This document shows, piece by piece, positions 50,906 through 64,000 of a DNA stretch of 64,000 bases. The notes under the pieces are model-generated. The model did no database searches and was not told the DNA's origin. It worked only from the letters and a program-made list of their open reading frames with translations. Source of the DNA: a virus; the IMG/VR virus record IMGVR_UViG_3300025424_000296, positions 32,001-96,000 of that record. The stretch is one strand, 5' to 3'. A program made the position numbers and the translations under genes. Numbering within the stretch: position 1 is the stretch's first letter; each line of letters begins with the position of its first letter.

Positions 50906-52822
50906 ATGAATGACATAGAAACAAAGTCTCCATTAGAAGATCCTCAGGTACTATTAGGGATATGTCAATATTTCGATTCAAAAGATAAACACAATGATGT
51001 TATGAAAATCTATGAACAGTCAATGCCTATACCTCAGTTGGATAGCGTAAAAACAGACTTTCTTCGATTAGCAGCGGTCAGTGGATTTTACAGTGATTTA
51101 GACTACTATAAAAAACTAGGTAAAGAAGCTAGCGAACAGTTAATGTCTAGCCGTAAAGTTTCTGCCACTGATAGAGACTTTGCAAGGCGTAACGGTACTT
51201 GGTACAATAATCTAATCAAAGATCTCATTCCGTCTGCCATTTTAAAAAAGATTGAATTCAATTGTCCAGTTGGATATCGTTCAACTACTCCGAGTATCAC
51301 ATCCCATGGTGGTAAAATATGGATGTTACAACGGTCAATAAATCTACACGATGAGAATTATAATTTTGTTGATCCGGATGCAATATGGTGGTGTACAAAA
51401 AATTACATACTACAACTAGATAATGATTTGAATGTTGTATATAGTGAAGAAATTAAACCGCCTGCTGATATGCAATTACCTGTTAGAGGTTTTGAAGATG
51501 CAAGACTGTTTTTTCTAGGCAACGAACTTTGGTGTTCGTGCTCATCATTAGATTTCAACGAAAACGGTGTATCTCAAATGCTTACAACTAGAATAGACGG
51601 TATAGGAACAGGAGATTGCAGATTCACTAACTATCAAGTAATGAAACCCAATTTTGGTTATGGTCAAGTTGAAAAAAATTGGATGCCGTTTGTCGAAAAC
51701 AATTTACCATATTTCATATACAATTGTGATCCTGTGATCATAGTAGATAATAACGGTCACCTGATTGATTCTCGAGCAACACATATTGCTGCTGAAAGTT
51801 ATAGGGGCGGTACTCAATTATTGGAATTCGATGATGGGTATCTGGCATTGATACATGAATCACTGGACATGGATTGGGGTGTTCGTCGTTATATGCATAG
51901 ATTTGTTTGGTTTAATAGAAGTTTACAACTGACAAAGTATAGCAATTATTTTTCAATTGATGAAATAACATTAGAAGTTAGTGTTGAATTTGCTGCTGGT
52001 ATAACTGTTCATCCAATAACAGATAAATTACTGATAAGTTTTGGTAAAAATGAGTTAGAGACATGGATTGTAACAGTTGATCCAGATGATGTAAGAAATG
52101 TATTGAAGCCGGCTGGTTTAGCCTGTGAAAGATTGCCATTTGATGCAGAAACATTAAAACTATTGGAATATGAAACCAACAGAGCACTTAAAGATACCGC
52201 TACGGTAGAAAAATTTACTAATTTATTAAAAAAATATAACCTGCCATTACACGTAACACCGCAGAAAAATTGGGATAACTTGATTGCAATATATCATACA
52301 GTGCTAACCACTGACGTTGATACTCCCATAATGGATATAGCAGGAACAGCTGACTCGGCATATCTTCCAAGCTTGTATAAATTTGGTTACAGAGATTTAA
52401 CCAGTATTAACCTGTCAGAACATGAACCTGTATTAAAAGATGGTGTTGTATATCAATACGGGGACTGTACTAACACAGGTTTCCCTGATGAATACTTTGG
52501 ATTTATATCTTGTCTAAGTGTTATCGAACATGGTGTAGATATTGATGGATTCTTCAGAGAATCACATAGAATACTAAAGAAAAAAGGTAGATTGTTTGTT
52601 AGTACAGATTACTGGCAGCATCCTGTCAATACGTTTGGCAAAATGGCATATTGGAACCCAGTTGTAATATTTGATGCAGCAGGAATAAGTGACATGGTTG
52701 CTAAAGCAGAAGCACACGGATTTGAATTAACTGGACCAGCGGATTTAACTTGTTATGACAAGGCAGTACACTGGGACGAAATGGACTACACATTTATTAA
52801 TTTGTTGTTCAGCAAACGGTAA
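50906..52822 (+). CDS. Beta-propeller paralogue fused to a SAM methyltransferase domain
   Basis: FEDARLF, EKNWMP, YRGGTQ; C-terminal CLSVIEH, RILKKKGRLFVSTDY. Confidence 0.65.
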   Translation: MNDIETKSPLEDPQVLLGICQYFDSKDKHNDVMKIYEQSMPIPQLDSVKTDFLRLAAVSGFYSDLDYYKKLGKEASEQLMSSRKVSATDRDFARRNGTWYNNLIKDLIPSAILKKIEFNCPVGYRSTTPSITSHGGKIWMLQRSINLHDENYNFVDPDAIWWCTKNYILQLDNDLNVVYSEEIKPPADMQLPVRGFEDARLFFLGNELWCSCSSLDFNENGVSQMLTTRIDGIGTGDCRFTNYQVMKPNFGYGQVEKNWMPFVENNLPYFIYNCDPVIIVDNNGHLIDSRATHIAAESYRGGTQLLEFDDGYLALIHESLDMDWGVRRYMHRFVWFNRSLQLTKYSNYFSIDEITLEVSVEFAAGITVHPITDKLLISFGKNELETWIVTVDPDDVRNVLKPAGLACERLPFDAETLKLLEYETNRALKDTATVEKFTNLLKKYNLPLHVTPQKNWDNLIAIYHTVLTTDVDTPIMDIAGTADSAYLPSLYKFGYRDLTSINLSEHEPVLKDGVVYQYGDCTNTGFPDEYFGFISCLSVIEHGVDIDGFFRESHRILKKKGRLFVSTDYWQHPVNTFGKMAYWNPVVIFDAAGISDMVAKAEAHGFELTGPADLTCYDKAVHWDEMDYTFINLLFSKR

Positions 52823-52838
52823 TTTAATGGAGACTTAG

Positions 52839-53918
52839 ATGAGTACAAAGAAATTAAGAATCGGTGTTTACTGCCCTGCTAAAAATGAATTAAAGCATGT
52901 AGAACCCTGGTATGAAAGTTGCAGGAATGCTGATGTTGTAGTATGTGCTGATACGGGTAGCACAGACGGTACAAAAGAAAAGATGTTGGAACTTGGAGTA
53001 AAAGTAACCGATTTAAGAATACTACCGTGGCGGTTTGACGACGCATTTAATTTTGCAATGGCATTGTTACCTGACGATATTGATGTTTGCATACGATTAG
53101 ATTTGGATGAACGTCTGCAGCCTGGTTGGCGGGCTGCACTTGAAGCAGCATGGACCCCTGAGACTACTCGTTTACGTTATCCATATGTTTGGAATTGGAA
53201 CCCAGATGGTTCTCCCGGACGTCAATGGTACGGAGACCGTATTCATCATAGAAATGGTTTTCGTTGGATGGGAGCAACTCATGAGGGGCTGTGTTCTAGA
53301 ATACATGAAGTACAGACATTTACGGACGATGTTAAAATATATCAATATCCAGATGCCAAGGATAAGAAGCATGATCTTCCTCTGTTATTAGAAGCAACTA
53401 AAGAGTATCCAACTGATGCAAGATTGCGGGCATATCTGGGTAGAGAATATTTTTATAGAGGAGAAAATGACAAGGCAGTTGAAACTTATAAAGAGTTTCT
53501 TGGCATGAGCTGGGACAAGATTGAACGAGGTCAGGCTATGATTAACCTATCAAATGCAGATCCAAAAAATAAAGTATTTTGGTTAAAGATGGCTATTATA
53601 GAAACACCCGGTCATAGAGAACCATTAACAAATCTATCTCAGCATTATTATAATAATGAGGATTGGACCAAGTGTTACAAGTATGCTATGGATGCCTTAA
53701 AGATCACAAAACATCCTATGGATTATACTTGCACACCAGAAGCCTGGGGATACTTGCCGCATGATTTAGCCAGTATTTCTGCTTGGCATCTTGGTTTATA
53801 TAAAGAAAGTATGGAACAGGCAAAATTAGCACTAGAACGTAGTCCAAATGACAAACGATTAGAGAATAATCTTAAGATTGTGGAAGAATTCATGAATGAA
53901 CGATTAACTAACGAGTAA
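52839..53918 (+). CDS. GT2 glycosyltransferase with TPR repeats
   Basis: KNE, DTGSTDGT, PWRFD, LDLDE, HE; TPR-like C-terminus. Confidence 0.85.
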   Translation: MSTKKLRIGVYCPAKNELKHVEPWYESCRNADVVVCADTGSTDGTKEKMLELGVKVTDLRILPWRFDDAFNFAMALLPDDIDVCIRLDLDERLQPGWRAALEAAWTPETTRLRYPYVWNWNPDGSPGRQWYGDRIHHRNGFRWMGATHEGLCSRIHEVQTFTDDVKIYQYPDAKDKKHDLPLLLEATKEYPTDARLRAYLGREYFYRGENDKAVETYKEFLGMSWDKIERGQAMINLSNADPKNKVFWLKMAIIETPGHREPLTNLSQHYYNNEDWTKCYKYAMDALKITKHPMDYTCTPEAWGYLPHDLASISAWHLGLYKESMEQAKLALERSPNDKRLENNLKIVEEFMNERLTNE

Positions 53919-53948
53919 TAGGTGATTAAACTGTTAATAAATAAAAGT

Positions 53949-54158
53949 ATGAAATTGTTTGAGTTATTCGTTGACTACGATAAACCTATTGTAATTGAAG
54001 CAGGTGGTGTTGGCCGCATAGTACCAGGTATCAACACCACATCTGACGTCGGGCCAAATGAAGTTGCCAAACAAGCAAAGAAGTTTGGTAATAAAGTTAC
54101 CCGAGATGGCCGTCCCCCCATTGCCAGACCTGATGGCAAAAATGTTAACAAAAAATGA
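53949..54158 (+). CDS. Small late protein
   Basis: TAAATA 5 nt before ATG; MKLFEL...EAGGVG.I..G.NTT.DV. Confidence 0.65.
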   Translation: MKLFELFVDYDKPIVIEAGGVGRIVPGINTTSDVGPNEVAKQAKKFGNKVTRDGRPPIARPDGKNVNKK

Positions 54159-54505
54159 CACATTGGTTAGTACTATGGAAAACATGGTTAGAAGAAGAGA
54201 TTGAAACACCATGGCCTTTTGTAGTAGTTGATCGTACTGCTGATTTCAAAAACAGAGAAACAAGTGTTCGAGTTCCCCAAGAATTGGTAGATTCTATATT
54301 TTTATCTTTTGATGTAGATAAAGTTCATAAATTTCAATCAGAACATGTATATGCACTTGTGTTATCGTGTGTGCTAGAAGCAGCTGATCAACCAGCTGCT
54401 GTGCAGTTGGTACAATCGGTATTTCCGGATGCCGAGGTTACTAACTGTGCCCTAATACCTCTGGAAATGTTATCAACTGTTATGGAAAACTTTTCACAAA
54501 AATAG
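54155..54505 (+). CDS. Hypothetical protein
   Basis: ATGA overlap with the upstream gene. Confidence 0.65.
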   Translation: MTHWLVLWKTWLEEEIETPWPFVVVDRTADFKNRETSVRVPQELVDSIFLSFDVDKVHKFQSEHVYALVLSCVLEAADQPAAVQLVQSVFPDAEVTNCALIPLEMLSTVMENFSQK

Positions 54506-54528
54506 GCACTGAATTTCCTCAGTGCCTA
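54503..54528. terminator. Hairpin between convergent genes
   Basis: TAGGCACTGA...TCAGTGCCTA. Confidence 0.55.
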
Positions 54529-54539
54529 GTGTTATTTAA

Positions 54540-54773
54540 TTAGATTCTTGAACGTTTGCTAGCTGATTCTGCTTCATCCTGAGTATTACAAACTGCGATT
54601 GGGACCCAACGTTGTGGAACTGGAAGTCCGCTACGACGATGATAATCTAAATCCGCATTGGGATCATCTACCTGTGTCCAAACCACCCACTTACCATCAC
54701 CCTTACGCTGAGCAATATCGTGATTCTTTTTCATACTTTTACCTATTGTTTTACTTGGTTGCAGGAAATGCAA
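54540..54773 (-). CDS. Hypothetical protein
   Basis: ORF; start probably at the internal MKKNHD. Confidence 0.5.
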   Translation of the reverse strand: MHFLQPSKTIGKSMKKNHDIAQRKGDGKWVVWTQVDDPNADLDYHRRSGLPVPQRWVPIAVCNTQDEAESASKRSRI

Positions 54774-54816
54774 GCTTTGCTTGCAGTGTTAAGTATAAGT
54801 CTGTTTAAATCATTGT

Positions 54817-55110
54817 CTAGTGTTTTTTTGGTACTATTACAAGTCCCTCCTCTACTACATCAATATCCCAATTATGAAACACATCTTTTAATTTAGAAAC
54901 TATGGTTCTTAAATAAAATCTAGTTTTTTCCCAATTTAGATATGCATTTAATTCAGTTTCGGATGCATTATGACCAACTATACTAAACAATATTTCGTCG
55001 TCTATGATTTTAATGTGTTCGCCTTTTTTTATGTGAAACGGAATATTTAGAATTTCTTTTTCAAGAAATTCTATTATTTGTGCAGCTTCTTTTACTTCGT
55101 TTGGCGTCAT
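54817..55110 (-). CDS. Hypothetical protein
   Basis: ATGA overlap with the PRTase stop. Confidence 0.6.
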   Translation of the reverse strand: MTPNEVKEAAQIIEFLEKEILNIPFHIKKGEHIKIIDDEILFSIVGHNASETELNAYLNWEKTRFYLRTIVSKLKDVFHNWDIDVVEEGLVIVPKKH

Positions 55111-55667
55111 CTTAACCACCATTCCTCCCAGGGAAATACTATCCACGAATCATCTTCTTCCTTGTTAATTTCCATACTATAATAGTCTACATCTGATTTG
55201 CTTGCTAGATTGTTTATAATGGTAGCAAATCTTACGTTTTTCCCCCAAATTTCTGTTTCCCAATTAATATCATCAGGCAGACATGCCGACTGCCAATCAT
55301 TTTTAATCCACTGAATAGTTGCTCCACTATCATTAATATCATCAACAATTAAAATCTTCTTACGTCTTTGTTCAGCATTGGTATTGATGTAATTATCGTT
55401 TTCGTCATATTGCGCACCCAATGCATCATCTGCCATCCAGCAGTTATGATCGCAGTCGTCTTCTTGACCGTCCCTAAGTGTTACCTTGAGAGTGTACATG
55501 GTAACGTTTAGATAGTGACTTAGCATAACTGCGGGAATTAATCCACCGCGGCTTAGTCCCACAATATAATCTGGTTTCCAACCATCTAGAGTAATTTTTC
55601 TACCAATATCAGCCATCATTGCGCGAATTTGTTCATTATCTATGTGTATTTCTTTAGTCATGTCCAC
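55107..55667 (-). CDS. Purine phosphoribosyltransferase (Gpt-like)
   Basis: VGLSRGGLIPA, ILIVDDINDSGAT PRPP-binding loop, WIVFPWE. Confidence 0.88.
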   Translation of the reverse strand: MDMTKEIHIDNEQIRAMMADIGRKITLDGWKPDYIVGLSRGGLIPAVMLSHYLNVTMYTLKVTLRDGQEDDCDHNCWMADDALGAQYDENDNYINTNAEQRRKKILIVDDINDSGATIQWIKNDWQSACLPDDINWETEIWGKNVRFATIINNLASKSDVDYYSMEINKEEDDSWIVFPWEEWWLR

Positions 55668-56446
55668 AAACTCCCTCTGATTCTAATCAATCTCATTAGC
55701 ATTTCAGTATCTTCGTTGAATTGATCTTCTTCTATCGTACGACTAAGATCTAACACTCTACGTTCCTCAATTTTATCTTCCTCACTATACTGGCTTTTGT
55801 CAAATAGTCTATGACCTTTTTTCTCTCTGTATCTGCACCAGTTGCTCCAGCCGCTTGCATCTATATGGTCTGGACGATTTGGGCGTACTTCTGTCCACCA
55901 TTTATACAATTCCAAAATTTCATATGCTACTTGAGCTTGGCTTTCGCAACGTTCATTTTCATCTAGAGTTGGACTACCTAGTGAACACTCCCAATCCAAA
56001 TGAGCCAGTCCTGCTTCTGGACAGCGGAAACTGCGGATGCGTAGCCAACCCAGGCTAAACCGCGGATACTTGTACTTTTTACGTGCATCCTTGTCAAACA
56101 CTACATGCATCCAAGCCTTTTCAACTTCTACAAAGTCTACTAAAAGATTGAACATACCATGCAATAGACGAGTATCACAGTCGGCATAACCAGGCTCTAA
56201 ACCAGTATTAATAACGTGATACCGGTCGAAAACTCTACAGCGAATCCAGTAACGTAAATCATTGAACGGCTTAGTGATAAAATTGTACATATCTGCAAAA
56301 AATCTGGGTACAGTCTCGTTAAGCCAATAGGCTACCGGACGTTCTGTTCGCATTTTAGCTTCCCACTCGTCCCATTCATGCCACGGTAAGGCAAAGGGTT
56401 TTTCGTAGGTTAAACGATCTTTCAGAATTTTGAAATAATTTTTCAT
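55658..56446 (-). CDS. Conserved phage hypothetical protein
   Basis: D.DTRLLH, EILELYKWW...RP, EDTEMLMRLIRIR.SLWT. Confidence 0.75.
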   Translation of the reverse strand: MKNYFKILKDRLTYEKPFALPWHEWDEWEAKMRTERPVAYWLNETVPRFFADMYNFITKPFNDLRYWIRCRVFDRYHVINTGLEPGYADCDTRLLHGMFNLLVDFVEVEKAWMHVVFDKDARKKYKYPRFSLGWLRIRSFRCPEAGLAHLDWECSLGSPTLDENERCESQAQVAYEILELYKWWTEVRPNRPDHIDASGWSNWCRYREKKGHRLFDKSQYSEEDKIEERRVLDLSRTIEEDQFNEDTEMLMRLIRIRGSLWT

Positions 56447-56476
56447 ATTGTTACAATACTACCTCTACGTTATTTG

Positions 56477-56845
56477 TCAACCAGAAACCCATACCATTCT
56501 AAACAGCATGATATCTTTTTGGTCAAGCCTTATTTTGAATTCAGTTGATGTCCTATCTTGTTTATATCCTCGCTTGCGACGATTATCCCAAGCCAGTTTA
56601 TTATTGCTATGACCTCCCGCCAATGCCTCAGTTGTATCTTTAAGAACTATGAAATTTTCAGTACAATTAGTAGCCAACCAATCACACAATGTTTCGGATT
56701 CTGGTTTAGAAAGTGATTGAATTGTTGAAAGTTGGTAATCAAACAGTCCAGCAGGCCAATTGGTTGACCATTTACCGTTTTCGGATTGAAAATCCTTTTT
56801 GAAGATTTCCAATAAGTCTTCTGGATCTAATCTAAATGGTCGCAT
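56477..56845 (-). CDS. Hypothetical protein
   Basis: Leaderless-type promoter; C-terminal FRMVW. Confidence 0.65.
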   Translation of the reverse strand: MRPFRLDPEDLLEIFKKDFQSENGKWSTNWPAGLFDYQLSTIQSLSKPESETLCDWLATNCTENFIVLKDTTEALAGGHSNNKLAWDNRRKRGYKQDRTSTEFKIRLDQKDIMLFRMVWVSG

Positions 56846-56872
56846 GCACTTATTATGCAGTGCAAGAAAGTG

Positions 56873-57664
56873 TTAGTCAAGTAGCTCCAATATCAAATAA
56901 CCGTTATCGCTGCTGACTAGTAGACCATTATCTACTGCCTCAACTGTATAAGCAGAGCCTAATACTTTTGATAATCTAGCACTTTCATTGATTAACGGAT
57001 TACCAATTTCAAATCCAATGATCGGAACACTTGGTTCAGTTTTTGATATATGTGCTACACGGTATTTAAGTGTTGACCCTGGACTTGTAAGGAATACTGT
57101 GTCACCAAGAATTTCAATAGATTCCATTAGACCATTTTTCAGTATGGGGGCAATGTATTCTTTCATTGAATTGGGCTCTTCCTCGGTTTCCTCAGCTTCC
57201 TGATCAGCGTCCTCTATATCATCTTGTATATCATCTTCTGCTGGTGGAACTGATTCTGGGTCTAGGTTAACATGTTCTTTGATGTTATCTTCGGTGAGAT
57301 CATATATTTCATCATCATGTAGTGTCTTGAATTGCCACTGGTCTACATTGGTTAAATTGTCAACACTATCGACCATTTTAACTAGTAGTTCTGGTAAATC
57401 AGCATTGCGGTCCATTTCGATGAATACTACATAGTATCCATCTTCTGTGGGTGCAGGACTGGTTTCTGCATCTAATATAGTAATATCACCTTTTTCTATA
57501 AATCTTTCCAAATCTTTGGCGGGTTCTTGTTCGAATACATAGAATGCAACAACAACAGCTTTGGCATTGTCGATTTTAGATTCGTAAGTATCTAGTTCTA
57601 CCAATGGTAATACGAGATAGTCCAAATCGTTTCGTAATAGTCCTGCTTCATTTAAAGATATCAT
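56873..57664 (-). CDS. Conserved jumbo-phage late protein
   Basis: LNEAGL..DL, YESKI, PAKDLERFIEKG, LDAETS; overlaps the upstream stop. Confidence 0.7.
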   Translation of the reverse strand: MISLNEAGLLRNDLDYLVLPLVELDTYESKIDNAKAVVVAFYVFEQEPAKDLERFIEKGDITILDAETSPAPTEDGYYVVFIEMDRNADLPELLVKMVDSVDNLTNVDQWQFKTLHDDEIYDLTEDNIKEHVNLDPESVPPAEDDIQDDIEDADQEAEETEEEPNSMKEYIAPILKNGLMESIEILGDTVFLTSPGSTLKYRVAHISKTEPSVPIIGFEIGNPLINESARLSKVLGSAYTVEAVDNGLLVSSDNGYLILELLD

Positions 57665-58194
57665 GTTTGCTCCGCTGGTTGATCTTGAGCTGCTTGATCT
57701 GGTGTTGTACCCTGCGACACTGCTTCATCTGCTGTGTCTAGATCAACATCTTCGTCATAAAGGTCCATGATTTCTTTACTGATACTTTCAACAAATCTAC
57801 GAGGTATTAATAAATCTATCAACCATATTTTAACTTTTTCCATTTTTGGTTTCTTAGTACCTGGTTGATAGTCGTCAGGGCTTTTAATTTCAATTGGAAT
57901 TTCTTCAGTTGAAATATGATAACTTATTTTGGTTCCATGTTTCAATAATCTTAATCCGCCGCTTGGATCTGGCATATCCCTATAGTCATATTTTAATGTA
58001 ACCTTAACCCAGTATTTTCTAACATATGGTCCAGAAACTATTTCACCTTTGATCCAATTCTTAAAACTATACATGTCATTGGTATCTAAGTAATCTTCTA
58101 TAGATATCATGATATCTACAAGATCAGTATTATCAGATAATCTGGTGATTACCTGATCAGGTGATGTGGGATCATATTGATTATTGTCTGTCAT
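57661..58194 (-). CDS. Conserved jumbo-phage late protein
   Basis: YSFKNW..GE..GP...KYWV, MPDP.GG.RL; TAAATA 5 nt before ATG. Confidence 0.7.
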   Translation of the reverse strand: MTDNNQYDPTSPDQVITRLSDNTDLVDIMISIEDYLDTNDMYSFKNWIKGEIVSGPYVRKYWVKVTLKYDYRDMPDPSGGLRLLKHGTKISYHISTEEIPIEIKSPDDYQPGTKKPKMEKVKIWLIDLLIPRRFVESISKEIMDLYDEDVDLDTADEAVSQGTTPDQAAQDQPAEQT

Positions 58195-58275
58195 GTGATT
58201 ATTTAGCTTATATTAGAATATAATTTTGTATTATTGGTATTATCAAAATAAATATAAAAAAAATAAAGGTGTAAA

Positions 58276-59190
58276 ATGCCGAACAAAATTACAGATTTAA
58301 ATTTAATTTCTAATATTGTAGACGATTTTAAAAACGGCTTATCTAAAGCTGCACTTTGTAAAAAATACAATTTATCATCTCCAACTATTCATAGGTTAAT
58401 CAAAGAAAATTATCAGCAAATTTTCAGTAGAATTCCAGAAGTTACTATTAATAAAGTTATTGAATTGTCTAGTATATTTAATTCTAAAAGTAAAATAGCT
58501 GAAACTTTAAAAATCGATATTAATACTGTTACAAAAATTCTTAAATATTATAATGTTGCAGTTATACCTCGCCCCCCCATGCAAAAAATAAAAAAAGAAA
58601 CCGAGTATGACAAATTAATGAAACTAACGTCACCTAGTTATATAACAAATCAACTTAAAAATCGAAGTGTACATAATCTATCTTTAGAATTTAATGTTTC
58701 ACATAACACCCTATTAAGGTATATGAAAGATAATGACATCGAATATAAAAAATTTGTTCTTTTGACAAAAGATATTTCAGAAGACATAAAGAAAAAGATT
58801 ATTACAGATTTTTCTAATCAATGCACGAAACGAGAAATTTGTAAAAAATATAATGTGAGTAGTAAACATATCGATTCAATATTACAGAAATATAAATTGC
58901 CAACACGTCAACTTAAAATTAATAAATTAATAGATTGCGATTATATAAGGTATGTTAAACTAGCGAGAAGATTAACAAATGTAGTGAAAAATACGTATAA
59001 ATTAAAAACTCCTGATGGATTTCATTGGGATCATAAATTGTCAATTGTAGACGGTTATAAACAATCTATTCCAGTTTACTTAATTGCATCTAGAGAAAAT
59101 TTAGAGTTAGTACCGTCTACTGTTAATTTAAGTAAAGGTACTAACTCTAGCATTACTAAAGATAACTTATATCAATTAATTGGTTTATGA
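58276..59190 (+). CDS. Putative HNH homing endonuclease with HTH repeats
   Basis: Repeated CKKYN.S HTH-like units; C-terminal HWDHKLSI...ENL...NLSKG; very AT-rich and inverted. Confidence 0.7.
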   Translation: MPNKITDLNLISNIVDDFKNGLSKAALCKKYNLSSPTIHRLIKENYQQIFSRIPEVTINKVIELSSIFNSKSKIAETLKIDINTVTKILKYYNVAVIPRPPMQKIKKETEYDKLMKLTSPSYITNQLKNRSVHNLSLEFNVSHNTLLRYMKDNDIEYKKFVLLTKDISEDIKKKIITDFSNQCTKREICKKYNVSSKHIDSILQKYKLPTRQLKINKLIDCDYIRYVKLARRLTNVVKNTYKLKTPDGFHWDHKLSIVDGYKQSIPVYLIASRENLELVPSTVNLSKGTNSSITKDNLYQLIGL

Positions 59191-59946
59191 ATTATAAAGG
59201 TTTAGTATATCTTCGATAATTGGATGTCTTTCAACATCTTTGTCATTAAACTTAATAAATGATATTTTGTTATTTGGTTTTTCTGAAATACGGTTAATAA
59301 AATCTAATAGTCCATTCTCACAGTAACCTCTATCATGTTGTGTAAGATCACCTGTTACGACCATTTTACTTCCGATACCAATTCTAGTAAGTAGCATTTT
59401 CATTTGACTAGCAGTGGAATTTTGAAATTCATCTGCTATAATAAAACTATTAGCAAAAGTTCTCCCTCTCATATATGCTAAAGGTGCAATTTCTAGTGTT
59501 CCGTGCTCGATTAAATTTAGTACTTCTTTTTTGCTGTAGTATTGATAAAAGTAATCTAATATTGGTAGAACCCACGGTTGCATTTTATCAACTAATGTAC
59601 CTGGTAAAAATCCATGTTGTTCATCAACACTAATAGCAGGTCTGGTTATAATTATTTTATCAATTTCTCCTTTAGTAAGTTTATCTATTGCTGAGAGTGT
59701 TCCTAACATGGTTTTACCTGTACCTGCGGCACCTACAGCAAAAACAATGTCAACGTTGGGATCTTCGAGCGCATCTATATAATTCTCTTGCGCTAAGTTT
59801 TTTGGTAGTAAAGCTAGTTTCTTTTGTGGTTTTCTGTATTCTGTTATGTTTAATACATTATCCTTTGATTTTCTATTGTTACTGTAACTTGTGTTACGCT
59901 CTTCATTAACAGCTCGAGCGTTCGAGCGTTTCATGCGTCTACTCAA
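59185..59946 (-). CDS. phoH: PhoH-like ATPase
   Basis: GAAGTGKT, ITRPA, GFLPG, PLAYMRGRTF, DEFQN, MLLTRIG, VTGD; probable TTG start with GGAGG RBS. Confidence 0.95.
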   Translation of the reverse strand: MSRRMKRSNARAVNEERNTSYSNNRKSKDNVLNITEYRKPQKKLALLPKNLAQENYIDALEDPNVDIVFAVGAAGTGKTMLGTLSAIDKLTKGEIDKIIITRPAISVDEQHGFLPGTLVDKMQPWVLPILDYFYQYYSKKEVLNLIEHGTLEIAPLAYMRGRTFANSFIIADEFQNSTASQMKMLLTRIGIGSKMVVTGDLTQHDRGYCENGLLDFINRISEKPNNKISFIKFNDKDVERHPIIEDILNLYNS

Positions 59947-60044
59947 ATGACCCTCCTTTAAAAAAGGTACCAATAATATTTAGCGGCTATAGATACAAAT
60001 AATGTGTACACATAACCTAAACTTTTGGAAATGCTTGGCATTGA

Positions 60045-64000
<3,956 letters not shown>

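Overview
A 64-kb segment of an AT-rich, standard-code jumbo (myovirus-type) bacteriophage genome. The host is probably an alphaproteobacterium; this is inferred from the GlpD, acyl-CoA dehydrogenase, RlpA and BI-1 genes and the GCTA-type -10 boxes. In order, the window holds: (1) a yeaG(prkA)-[HNH]-yeaH-ycgB(spoVR) module; (2) an early region with near-identical sigma70-type promoters and an rIIA-like ATPase; (3) Gly-Pro-Thr collagen-like and beta-propeller fibre genes under T4-like TAAATA late promoters; (4) a dispersed, partly decaying tRNA region interleaved with host-like metabolic and modification genes; (5) a dnaJ-def-clpA protein quality-control cluster; (6) a compact nucleotide-sugar-type operon with a RuBisCO-like protein, followed by glycosyltransferase-like genes; (7) phoH and a very large structural gene running off the right end. 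The most unusual features are non-coding. A leader-peptide/antiterminator/terminator attenuator sits upstream of the tRNA-Glu/Ile genes (29732-29926), with two weaker look-alikes ahead of other tRNA remnants. An otherwise perfect tRNA-Leu(UAA) is interrupted inside its anticodon by a 50-nt structured insert. There is also a tRNA-Thr with an AGU anticodon, many apparently leaderless genes, and late-promoter/RBS-sequestering hairpins. All product calls come from motif recognition by eye; no database searches were run.
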